From: Salinimicrobium sp.
GTDB taxonomy: Archaea > Thermoplasmatota > Poseidoniia > Poseidoniales > Poseidoniaceae
Assembly: GCA_964228865.1 (NCBI GenBank)
Contig: CAXRAI010000015.1
Coordinates: 17,936 to 81,935, forward strand
Direction of reading: 5' to 3'
Length of the DNA: 64,000 bases
Every line of letters begins with the position of its first letter. The first letter of the stretch is position 1. Made by a program: the position numbers and the translations under genes. Positions 29,701-37,255 of this stretch are shown piece by piece. Below the pieces are notes generated by a model. It had not been told where the DNA came from. It saw nothing but the letters and a program-made list of their open reading frames with translations, and ran no database searches.

Positions 29701-32000
29701 CACAGGAGGCGCTTCGGGTGAAGCTCATCGAAATGCTTGGCTCGGAAGGCCCTCAAACGGCCGATCACCTCGAGGCCAGGTTGCCCTTCCCACGGACGAT
29801 GGTCGAACGTACCATCCATCAACTTGAGACTCGAAACGTCATCAGCATCGGGTTCTTCACCCAAACCGAGGAAGCCGAATTCATCCTCAAGGTCGACGAA
29901 CACCGAATCACGGGTGGTGAGGAGGAGGTGGTGGAATACCGCTCCATCCAGAACATGATCCTCGACAAATCGTTCACGATGTACGACGACGTGGATCAGG
30001 CCTTTGACAAGCACCTGCTGTTCCAGAAGCAACAGGAACTGCTCTACCGCATCAAGGATTTCAGATTCAGCGATTGGAAGGACCTCCAACTGGACCGTGA
30101 CATCGTCAATGGACGCTTGTTGCACAACCGGCAAGGCTACACCACCCGCAGAAACCTCCCCATGCTTCTCGGACTGAAACCGGAACCCTACATCGGGGCC
30201 ATGGAAGCCGATTTGCTCGACCGAATTTTGCCGGGCGAGGAACCTCAACGGTCAGAAATTGTGGCCTTGTATCCGAAAGGCGACGAACACAAGCAACTGC
30301 AGCGTGACGTCAAGAACGGCTTGGCCAACCTTGAGCGACAGCTCTTGGTCGCGAAACAATTCGAAGAAGTCCCTGGACGTCGTCGTCGCTTGTCCTTCTA
30401 CCATCGCGTTCACGAGGTCTACGATGGCCTCTCCTTCGAGGACGCCTTGTGTGAAGTCATCCACCGCATTGGACCGATCAAAGCCAACACCCTTCGATTC
30501 TACGTCAGCCGTGCCTACGAAGAATTGGTGATCGCCCTCAAATCCCTGGAGCGGGCCGGGCGCATCAGCCGCGTGACCACCCTCGTTCCGGAACCCGAAG
30601 ACTTCTACTGCGCCCCACAGGAAGTCCGCTCCTTCGGAAGAGCCCGCAGAGAAGACAGGGCGATGCGCATCCTTACGCAATCTGATCCCTACGTCTCTCG
30701 GTTCATCTGGGAAGTACGCGCGATGTTGGACCGAGGTTGGTACTTGCCCGTGTTCAAAGGGATTGACCCAGTGGGCAAGGTCCTGATGTTCAAGGTCAAC
30801 GACTACCTCGAGGTCAAGGACATTCAGATTCCAGCTGCCTACCTCGAGGAGTTTTGCGAAGCGTTCGATGTGCTGTTGCAGAACCACGCCGAACAATTGG
30901 TCGACGTGGCGGTGCTCAGCGGCATCAACGGCCAACCCATCAGCGAGGTCGACCAAGTCTGGCGCGACGCCCTCGGGAAAATTGGATTCAAACTCGCAGG
31001 GGAACGGATGATTCGAGGCGGAATCGTCGAGACGCAACCGCGGAATTTGGCCGACCGAGCCCTCTTCCACAAGCATCATCTCCACCAATCTGCGCGTCTC
31101 GAAAACGAATTCCTCGCTTTGAAGAGCATCCGCGAGGTTCGGGACGATTTCGCCCTCCGAGGTCGGGCCGAGGTCTACCGTGTGGACCTGAAGAGCATGG
31201 CCAGCGCGAACCGCCTGCACCAGGGCGTGAACCTTCGGGGCCACCAATCCTGGGCCTCCTACGAGCACTTCCAAACGCTGCTGGCCATACGTGGCATCGA
31301 GCCTGACGAGGACCTTTCCGATGTGCTGGAGTTCTTCTCCACCCACTCCGACCATGAATTGTTCAAAGAGCGCTACGCCCTCAGCCAATCTGAATTTAGA
31401 AAATTGATTCAGCCGTTGATTCGATCCGGTCATATCGTCCAAGATTTCCGAGGTGGATTCAGGACCGTGGCCATCGACCCATCCCTGGAACGGTCGGTGC
31501 TTCGCAAAGAGTACCTGCGTGCCCTTGTCGCCGAATTCCCGGTGATGACCATCAAGCAGCTGCTTTCGTTGGCTGGAAGCCACTTCAAACCGGAGGAAGT
31601 GAAGGCCATCCTGACGGAATTCGAAGAGGATGAGACCCTCATCAAGGGCTTCCTCATCGACGACCTGCACGAAGTCTGTTGGGGGCGAAAGGATCTGTTG
31701 GCAGACGCCAAGGAACTCCAACCGATGCGAGACTTTGTGCTGCCACCTTCAGACCCCATCGCGCCGTACTTTGCTGGAACGCTCAAGGAAAAGTTCGGCT
31801 TTGGAAGCGCCTATTTGGTCTTCAAGAACGGTGAACCAGCTGCAGCGTTCAAAGCCAACACGAGAAACCGCGTCATTGAGGTCACCGACTACGAAGGAAA
31901 GGAAGACGCGTGGCGGATCGTCAAGGAATTCGCATGGGAGCACCAAATGCCTCTGACCTCGGAAATCAGGATTGGCGGCCGGCGACTAAGCAGCTCCTGA
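26712..32000 (+). CDS. lhr: Lhr-family DEAH-box helicase with very long C-terminal extension (1762 aa)
   Basis: FTAPQKMAIPAIMNGEHLLLCSPTGSGKTLTAF (motifs Q/I), IIDELHSL (DExH), ATM, FANTRK and RIGRAGH (motif VI) are seen, followed by a DEAD-associated/WH region. About 850 further residues contain two similar modules: RILTQSDPYVSRF...WYLPVFKGIDPVGKVLMFKVNDYLEV and FVLPPSDPIAPYF...GSAYLVFKNGEPAAAFKANTRNRVIEV. Confidence 0.85.
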   Translation: MPEITYLDSFDDTEVLAERLSEPVRRWFLDKFPDFTAPQKMAIPAIMNGEHLLLCSPTGSGKTLTAFLTVIDDLVRKALDGSLKDQVYCIYISPIKALANDIERNLLGPLEEIKARYLPDRAKEIRVGLRTGDTSQSDRQKMLRKPPHILITTPESMAIAVGSSRFQPIVSRVKWMIIDELHSLVPTKRGVHLSLTLSFLDTLLKDPVQRIGISATMEPLDTVAEYLVASDDRESRGENQRVMVAKISGSRELDLDILITHPRFTDRSVAQTLEANVEAIADLISAHTTTLVFANTRKMTETLVQRLRPFLGELVAGHHGSMDKNIRLEVERKLKLGHLRAVVTSSSLEMGIDIGSVDLVVQVGSPGDIATALQRIGRAGHHVGGIPRARLLPSSVDDLLELAALQAAIQTGDMDRLSFPQNCLDVVAQFLIGLVINEELDIDEAYEIVVNAWSYRNFAYDDFIEVLDLLEDERRIWVDWEENTFGKRGYSRMIYYTNIGTIAPDNSYLVFNAEGSILGKLSSSFVASLRTSDVILLGGSTYRVNTIQGTRVNVSNVTGYRPTVPSWSGEARSRSAELSSSLLDLIGRCAVALRREVDPRTVLMEAYSLGRDSAEIIARHLEEHVLTTFQVPDKDRILVEQIIGGPHPTYLITTCRGRGFNTALGYFMAGLAEQASIPVIEMSFDENGLLLKTAQDVDPGAMYEAFSAGNHMEVIERYIIGTQIFAKRFREVAGRSLIIPKRIGAEEISPQQFQQRADALLNRHRTMDGSILIREAKNEILYGDIDLGGLEQFLTACREGQARIVHIRTTLPSRIGMSLYMSAFEDLMSMRTRAFLVKDIDPAILERLLGRRSLATEMTNEQISEYYANKVPVPENAETLLALMEHGGGLDRGFDNPLYREKLSGIDHEVIRGWVEELCTDGLITKIEGTGMEELDGKWFSSYMGEIHGTLGCLAANGGRDVEDLLTLHTAGITYRMASAFNGTKVAAWHDMELGDPQEALRVKLIEMLGSEGPQTADHLEARLPFPRTMVERTIHQLETRNVISIGFFTQTEEAEFILKVDEHRITGGEEEVVEYRSIQNMILDKSFTMYDDVDQAFDKHLLFQKQQELLYRIKDFRFSDWKDLQLDRDIVNGRLLHNRQGYTTRRNLPMLLGLKPEPYIGAMEADLLDRILPGEEPQRSEIVALYPKGDEHKQLQRDVKNGLANLERQLLVAKQFEEVPGRRRRLSFYHRVHEVYDGLSFEDALCEVIHRIGPIKANTLRFYVSRAYEELVIALKSLERAGRISRVTTLVPEPEDFYCAPQEVRSFGRARREDRAMRILTQSDPYVSRFIWEVRAMLDRGWYLPVFKGIDPVGKVLMFKVNDYLEVKDIQIPAAYLEEFCEAFDVLLQNHAEQLVDVAVLSGINGQPISEVDQVWRDALGKIGFKLAGERMIRGGIVETQPRNLADRALFHKHHLHQSARLENEFLALKSIREVRDDFALRGRAEVYRVDLKSMASANRLHQGVNLRGHQSWASYEHFQTLLAIRGIEPDEDLSDVLEFFSTHSDHELFKERYALSQSEFRKLIQPLIRSGHIVQDFRGGFRTVAIDPSLERSVLRKEYLRALVAEFPVMTIKQLLSLAGSHFKPEEVKAILTEFEEDETLIKGFLIDDLHEVCWGRKDLLADAKELQPMRDFVLPPSDPIAPYFAGTLKEKFGFGSAYLVFKNGEPAAAFKANTRNRVIEVTDYEGKEDAWRIVKEFAWEHQMPLTSEIRIGGRRLSSS

Positions 32001-32053
32001 TTGTCAAATCACTGCACCAACAGGTTTTGAAGACCCACGGGCATGTGTCCACC

Positions 32054-35000
32054 ATGCAAGATGCACGTCCACGTGCGCTCGCCCTTGTCGGCCTCCTTGT
32101 GTTGTCGACCACAATGGCCGTGCTCAGCCCGACCGCCGGCGCGGAATCCTCCCTCGACATTGAGGTGCTGGACACCAAAGTCAATCCCGCAAACAACCAC
32201 ACGTATCACCTGCTTTCTGCCTCATCATGGACGGAGGCGGCCCAGGCCGCTCGCGGTCTCGAAGGCTTCCTCGTCACGGTCGACGATGAGGCCGAGAACA
32301 CGTGGCTGCACGAAACGTGGGGCGACGATGGAAACGTCACGCGCCACCTGTGGACCGGTCTCAACGATGCAGCCGAAGAGGGCGTGTTCCGCTGGCACGA
32401 CGGCACGCCCTACATCCATCGGCAATGGGGCGAGGATCAACCCAGCATGACCGATGAGGAGGATTACGTCCACATCACAGGACCAAACATGGGCTCCATC
32501 GAGCCCGGCGATTGGAACGACTTGGAGAACGATCCCCAATACTTCCCGGTGTACGGGGTCGTGGAGATCGGACCAGGGGCTGATTTTGCTCTCCGCTTTG
32601 ACGGTGATGACGACCACGTCATCACCGGTGACGACACCTCGCTACGTGCGCCGTCGACGTACGGGGAACTGACCATCGAAGCACGCATTCATCCGACCGA
32701 CCTCGACGGCATCCACACCGTCGTGATGTACGGCGACCACGGATATGGCCTGTACCTTGACGATGGACGCTTGGGGTATTCCTCAGAATACAGCCTCTCC
32801 AAAAACGCGCTCAGCGATGAAAACATCACCCTCGATGAGGACGCTTGGTCGACCGTGGCCGTCGCCGTCAACGCGACCACGGGGGGCACCTTCTTCCTGA
32901 ACGGTGAGCCCATTGGCTCATTCGACGCAACACAAGCCGAAATCCCCGCGGGGGACTTTGGTTCCAACGACTGTTATGACGCAGGCCTGGCGTGCGAGAA
33001 TTTGGTGATTGGACGCCATGGAGCCGGTGCAGACCGTTACCACTTCGAAGGGATGATCGACCACGTCAGCATCAGTTCAGCGGACCTCCGCATCACGTCG
33101 GAAGGCGGAAACATCAGCTTGGACGATGCAAACAATCCGCTGTCCACGTGGACCTTCGGCGAAGGTGAGGGGGACCTGACCATGGATCATACCGACCGCG
33201 ACGGCACCATCCATGGTGCAGCGTGGGTGATGCCCGACGGTTCGATCGTGGCTCAAGCCTTGGAACTCGAAAACAGCGAAGAACTCGCCATCGAGGACAT
33301 CAGTTCCGGCGACACCCTCCTTTTCTTCGCTGAACTTCCTGAGTACACCCGCTCATTGACGGTCCAAGCCTTCGCATGGACATCAGGCGAGGGCAAGGAG
33401 GAAGGGGATGCAGAATTCAGCCTTTATCACGACGTGGACCGTGTGCCTTCAGCCTGGTCGCACATGGATGAAGTTCAGAATTGGGGCTGGGGCGGGGTGT
33501 TCGCATCCTACAGTTGGCCTGATGCAGGCGTGCATTGGTTTGCGCTCAACGCTGAAGCCGATTTGGGTGAATTCACCCTCTGGGTGGATTGGGACGTGGC
33601 AGAAGCACCTCCAACGTTGGATGACATGATTGAGCTCAAACACGGCATTCCGATCGCCGATCAGGATTTGCAAAGCCAGCGAGGCAGTGAATTCGGCGAC
33701 ACCATCCAGTACTACGTGAACGTCACAGAGCCGCTGGCTGACCTTGCCGTGGAGACCTACGGTGGGACCGGCAACGTCGAACTCGCGATTTCCTATGGTG
33801 GGCCACCAGACCCCTTCGGTCAGTGGAGCGAATGGGACGAGTGGGACATCATCGGCGCACCCGGATTTTTGGAAGAAGACGAGGTCAACGTTGACGCCTA
33901 CGAGGATTGGTCGATGGGACCGGGAACCGAGGAAGAAGTTCACCTCTACGACGTGCAGCCGGGAACATACTACGTCACGGCCTACACGTGGGGCAGAGCC
34001 CTTGACTTCAGCATCGTGGCCGACCTCACGCCCATGCCAAGCAACGGACAAGCATCCGACGCGATTCCGCTCACGGAAGGCGTACCCTACGGCCCATTTT
34101 CGGGTTACGATGGTCTCAGTCAGTACTTCTCCATCGAAGTCCCCCAAGGGACGGAGCGGTTGGAGGTGAGGCTGGATGACGGTGTGGGCGAGGCCGACCT
34201 CCACCTTGCCTATGCATCCACGCCAACCGAAACGGTCTACGACCACCGAAGCACCACACCGGGTTCCTACGACATCGTGGCGTTCAATGACCCAACACCG
34301 GGCACGTGGATGATCCTCGTGCACACCGACCGTGTGTTCAGCGGTACCACCATCCTTGCAGAGTTTGACGATCGATACGTCTGGGATTGGGACGGGGAGC
34401 CGATTCAATTGCTGAATGGAGAAGCCATCGTCGGCATCGAAGCCGAGGAAGGCACGGTGTTGGAATTCTTCGGGCTTCTCGAAGAGCCCGCCTCTCCGCT
34501 CGAGGTCTCCACCTGGGGTGCAGCCGGAGCGATTGAACTCGACGGCGAGGCCGAACCCTACGATTGGGACCTGCTCTTCGAAGAGGGCCCCCGTGGCCGC
34601 CAATGGGACGAACCGAGTTGGATTGAAGGCGATGGCGTGAGTTGGTTCTGGTACGTTGACGTTGCCGCGAACGGACGCTTTGACGTGACGGTTGAGGTCC
34701 TCGAAGACGTCAGTGGCTTTGGCATCATGGCCGTTTGGGTTGATGCCGATCTTCCCCCCGTCGACGACGACGATGACGACGTGGACAACGACGAACCCTT
34801 CGAACCCGAAGGATGTCAGGAACGCACGGTTGCATGGTTTACCGACCTCGACGCAAACGGTGACGGCATCGTCAGCATCGATGAGCACCGGCCACACCCT
34901 GACACGGGAACACCCGGCGAAGACCTCGACGTGAATCAGGACGACCGGCTCCAAATGGCTGAACTCGAAGCCGATTTGTGCCAATGCGGTGAAGAATTCC

Positions 35001-35608
35001 TGTACATCTGGGAGCAGGCCGATGAATGGGACGCAATTTCAGTGGACGATTTGGAAGGCGTGACCTACCTCAATGAGGTTGATTTCGAATCCATCGATCG
35101 TGACGGCGACGGTGACATCGACGACCGCGAGGCTGAGCGACACACGCTGGCCTGCTCGACGACCTATGACCCGCTCGACCTCGACGGTGACGGCGTACCC
35201 AACGAGGAGGATGCATTCCCAGAAGACCCCGACGAGACCGAGGATTCTGATGGCGACGGCGTGGGCGACAACGCAGACCTCGTGTCCGGTGTCAACGACA
35301 GCGTGGTGACCTACGGTGCTGCGGCCGCTGTGCTTCTCCTGATCATCGTCCTGCTTCTGACCATGCTCCGGCGTGGACCCGGTGGCGCTCAAGCGGTCGA
35401 CCCGTGGGCAGAAGTTGGTGATGAAAAGCGAATGCCGGACCTCTTCGAACCAGCGACCATGGCCGAAGGTCTCGATGCATCCTTTGTGACGCCTTCTGCT
35501 TCATCCCTCGATGATACGACAGAACCACCACTGAACGTACCCGGCATGACGGACCTTCCACCCCCGCTCAACGATGCTTTGCCGAGTGAGCCGCTTGAGT
35601 GGCGTTGA
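32054..35608 (+). CDS. large type-I surface protein: C-type lectin + LamG-like + PPC-like + EF-hand/TSP3 Ca-binding repeats
   Basis: The start is set at the ATG at 32054 (MQDARPRALALVGLLVLSTTMAVLSPTAGAES, a signal peptide); the track ORF starts at 31910 inside lhr. CLECT-like: WTEAAQAARGLEGFLVTVDDEAENTWL...LWTGLNDAAEEGVFRWHDGTP...DWNDLEND. LamG-like: ALRFDGDDDHV...LTIEARI. PPC-like: DTIQYYVNV...GNVELAI and SQYFSIEVPQGTERLEVRL...GEADLHLAY. Ca-binding repeats: DLDANGDGIVSIDE, DRDGDGDIDD, DLDGDGVPNEEDAFPEDPDETEDSDGDGVGDNAD. A TM segment (AAAVLLLIIVLLLTML) is followed by a tail of about 80 aa. Confidence 0.8.
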   Translation: MQDARPRALALVGLLVLSTTMAVLSPTAGAESSLDIEVLDTKVNPANNHTYHLLSASSWTEAAQAARGLEGFLVTVDDEAENTWLHETWGDDGNVTRHLWTGLNDAAEEGVFRWHDGTPYIHRQWGEDQPSMTDEEDYVHITGPNMGSIEPGDWNDLENDPQYFPVYGVVEIGPGADFALRFDGDDDHVITGDDTSLRAPSTYGELTIEARIHPTDLDGIHTVVMYGDHGYGLYLDDGRLGYSSEYSLSKNALSDENITLDEDAWSTVAVAVNATTGGTFFLNGEPIGSFDATQAEIPAGDFGSNDCYDAGLACENLVIGRHGAGADRYHFEGMIDHVSISSADLRITSEGGNISLDDANNPLSTWTFGEGEGDLTMDHTDRDGTIHGAAWVMPDGSIVAQALELENSEELAIEDISSGDTLLFFAELPEYTRSLTVQAFAWTSGEGKEEGDAEFSLYHDVDRVPSAWSHMDEVQNWGWGGVFASYSWPDAGVHWFALNAEADLGEFTLWVDWDVAEAPPTLDDMIELKHGIPIADQDLQSQRGSEFGDTIQYYVNVTEPLADLAVETYGGTGNVELAISYGGPPDPFGQWSEWDEWDIIGAPGFLEEDEVNVDAYEDWSMGPGTEEEVHLYDVQPGTYYVTAYTWGRALDFSIVADLTPMPSNGQASDAIPLTEGVPYGPFSGYDGLSQYFSIEVPQGTERLEVRLDDGVGEADLHLAYASTPTETVYDHRSTTPGSYDIVAFNDPTPGTWMILVHTDRVFSGTTILAEFDDRYVWDWDGEPIQLLNGEAIVGIEAEEGTVLEFFGLLEEPASPLEVSTWGAAGAIELDGEAEPYDWDLLFEEGPRGRQWDEPSWIEGDGVSWFWYVDVAANGRFDVTVEVLEDVSGFGIMAVWVDADLPPVDDDDDDVDNDEPFEPEGCQERTVAWFTDLDANGDGIVSIDEHRPHPDTGTPGEDLDVNQDDRLQMAELEADLCQCGEEFLYIWEQADEWDAISVDDLEGVTYLNEVDFESIDRDGDGDIDDREAERHTLACSTTYDPLDLDGDGVPNEEDAFPEDPDETEDSDGDGVGDNADLVSGVNDSVVTYGAAAAVLLLIIVLLLTMLRRGPGGAQAVDPWAEVGDEKRMPDLFEPATMAEGLDASFVTPSASSLDDTTEPPLNVPGMTDLPPPLNDALPSEPLEWR

Positions 35609-35629
35609 GCGCAACAAGCCCTTCCGCCG

Positions 35630-36544
35630 TCACGTGCCTTTCGGTTTGATGGCCAGTTGGATTGGACGCATAAGCCGCAACACGTGCGCGTGAAGCTCTG
35701 GCAGCAACCGAAACATCACGAGGGCCAACCCGTACATCGCCAAAAGCGCGACGATGCGTGCAGCGTACGTGTGGGCAAACTCGAACATGCGCACCCCAAA
35801 CACGTCCACGGTGCCATGAATGGCGTGCAACCAGACGATACCGGCGTTCCGGAAAATATTGAGGACGTGAATCAGCGGGAGCGTCAGGAGCAGGGCTCGA
35901 GCACGACGCTTCCATGGCATGTCCAGAACTGCGATGGCGCCAACAAAGACGATCATCGATTGCAAGGCCGTGCAGGCGAGAACGATGTTCACACCCACAG
36001 AGGAACCGTCGGACCAAATCAAGTCCGTTTGGATGGGGTATTCGCCGAAGGGTTGGCTCCAAAACCAAACGTTGCCCTCCCATTCTTGCCAAAGCACCTG
36101 GCCTTCGGGTGTGCTGACGTAGGTTTCGCCAACATGGACATCGCCAGCTCCCGTGAAGCGCAACATCAAGGCGGTTTGGGAAGCGACCGCCACAATCGCC
36201 AAGCGGCTGAGCCAAGGCACGTGATAGGTCGCCAAATATGGAAGTCCTGCAAGGGCCACGGCCCCTTTCAGCCAACGCAACGCAGAGGCATCACGCAGAT
36301 CGACCACCTTCCATTCCCACCAAGCAAGACCGAGTGAAGCGGGCAACGCTGCACTCAGCATCACCGTCAGTACGGGATCGCGTTCCTGCCAGTAACCGTC
36401 GGCCATCAGGAAGAAGCCAAGCCCAACCAAAGGCCAGGCAAGCAGGCTGACACGGTGCATGCCCGGACGTTTGGACAACGAGAGTCCCAAGAGAAGCATG
36501 CCCGAGGCGAGCAAGCCGATGGACTCGACCGAGGCTCCCGCCAT
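35630..36544 (-). CDS. archaeosortase/exosortase-family membrane protein (candidate)
   Basis: Polytopic. After a long extracytoplasmic loop comes VNIVLACTALQSMIVF (compare exosortase CSGxRS), then LIHVLNIFRNAGIVWL (conserved NxxR), then FEFAHTYAARIV (conserved His). The start is set to the ATG at 36544 (MAGASVESIG); the track ORF extends to 36664 and would overlap the divergent phosphatase gene. Confidence 0.55.
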   Translation of the reverse strand: MAGASVESIGLLASGMLLLGLSLSKRPGMHRVSLLAWPLVGLGFFLMADGYWQERDPVLTVMLSAALPASLGLAWWEWKVVDLRDASALRWLKGAVALAGLPYLATYHVPWLSRLAIVAVASQTALMLRFTGAGDVHVGETYVSTPEGQVLWQEWEGNVWFWSQPFGEYPIQTDLIWSDGSSVGVNIVLACTALQSMIVFVGAIAVLDMPWKRRARALLLTLPLIHVLNIFRNAGIVWLHAIHGTVDVFGVRMFEFAHTYAARIVALLAMYGLALVMFRLLPELHAHVLRLMRPIQLAIKPKGT

Positions 36545-36643
36545 GGTCCCGACCTGCCTGCGTCCATCTTCAACCCTCCTCGTTGACCTGACCTTGGCAA
36601 GTGCAGAGGCCAACCTCAAGGGCTTGGGTGGAAAAGGTGTGAC

Positions 36644-37255
36644 ATGGAGGGGCCAACGGTGCATGCCGCCCGTCCATTCGTCGGTGGACGCGCGGACGCT
36701 CCGATCGCGTTTCTTGACCGTGACGGTGTTCTCAATCTAAGCCTCGACGGGTACGTCAACCACCCAGAGCAACTCCAACTCATTCCTGGTACAGCGGCCG
36801 CCATGCGGCACCTCCGGGACGCAGGATTCCTCCTCTGTGTCGTGACCAACCAATCCGCCATCGGAAGGGGGCTGTGGAACGATGAACGATTGCACCGCAT
36901 CCACGACCGATTCGACATGATGTTGTTGGACGCTGGCGCGCAACCTGACCTCATTGTGGCTTGCCCCCATGTGCCGTGGGCAGGGTGTGGATGCCGGAAA
37001 CCAAAATCAGGCATGCTGAGCCTCGGGGCGTCGCTGCTCCGCTCACAGAACGGATTCGGTGTGCTCCGACAGCGGATGGACAACGTGACCGCCACATCGA
37101 TTCCGGGTGATGTGATGGTCGGAGACCGACGGACCGACGTTCTTGCAGGCATGAACTTCGGTGCACGCTCATTCAGAACCGTTCGCGACGTCGGTCTGGA
37201 ACCTTGGCTCACTCGACTGATCGACCCTGAGGATCAAGGCACCGAGGTGACGTGA
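36644..37255 (+). CDS. HAD-IIIA phosphatase, GmhB / histidinol-phosphatase-like
   Basis: 203 aa. IAFLDRDGVLN (DxD nucleophile), VVTNQSAIGRG, CPHVPWAGCGCRKPKSGML (Zn-binding insert plus the conserved Lys) and MVGDRRTDVLAG are seen. Confidence 0.75.
   Translation: MEGPTVHAARPFVGGRADAPIAFLDRDGVLNLSLDGYVNHPEQLQLIPGTAAAMRHLRDAGFLLCVVTNQSAIGRGLWNDERLHRIHDRFDMMLLDAGAQPDLIVACPHVPWAGCGCRKPKSGMLSLGASLLRSQNGFGVLRQRMDNVTATSIPGDVMVGDRRTDVLAGMNFGARSFRTVRDVGLEPWLTRLIDPEDQGTEVT

Noticed and set aside
28587-31721. 343-aa (28587..29618) and 489-aa (30252..31721) minus-strand ORFs, plus the 200-aa ORF 29646..30248, inside lhr
   Set aside because: All are antisense to a single uninterrupted helicase ORF, and none has recognisable motifs.
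31910-32053. 48-codon upstream extension of the surface-protein ORF overlapping the lhr 3-prime end
   Set aside because: The ATG at 32054 is followed immediately by a textbook signal peptide. The extension overlaps lhr and has no signal-like features.
33449-34984. 511-aa minus-strand ORF inside the lectin/TSP3 surface protein gene
   Set aside because: It is antisense to a gene with recognisable domains throughout. The product is Val/Gly/Arg/His-rich with no motifs.
35330-35608. Idea that the 1185-aa lectin protein is itself a classical archaeosortase substrate
   Set aside because: Its TM helix is followed by a tail of about 80 residues rather than a short basic stub at the extreme C-terminus. 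It therefore looks like an ordinary type-I membrane protein. Only its adjacency to the sortase-like gene is retained as an observation.
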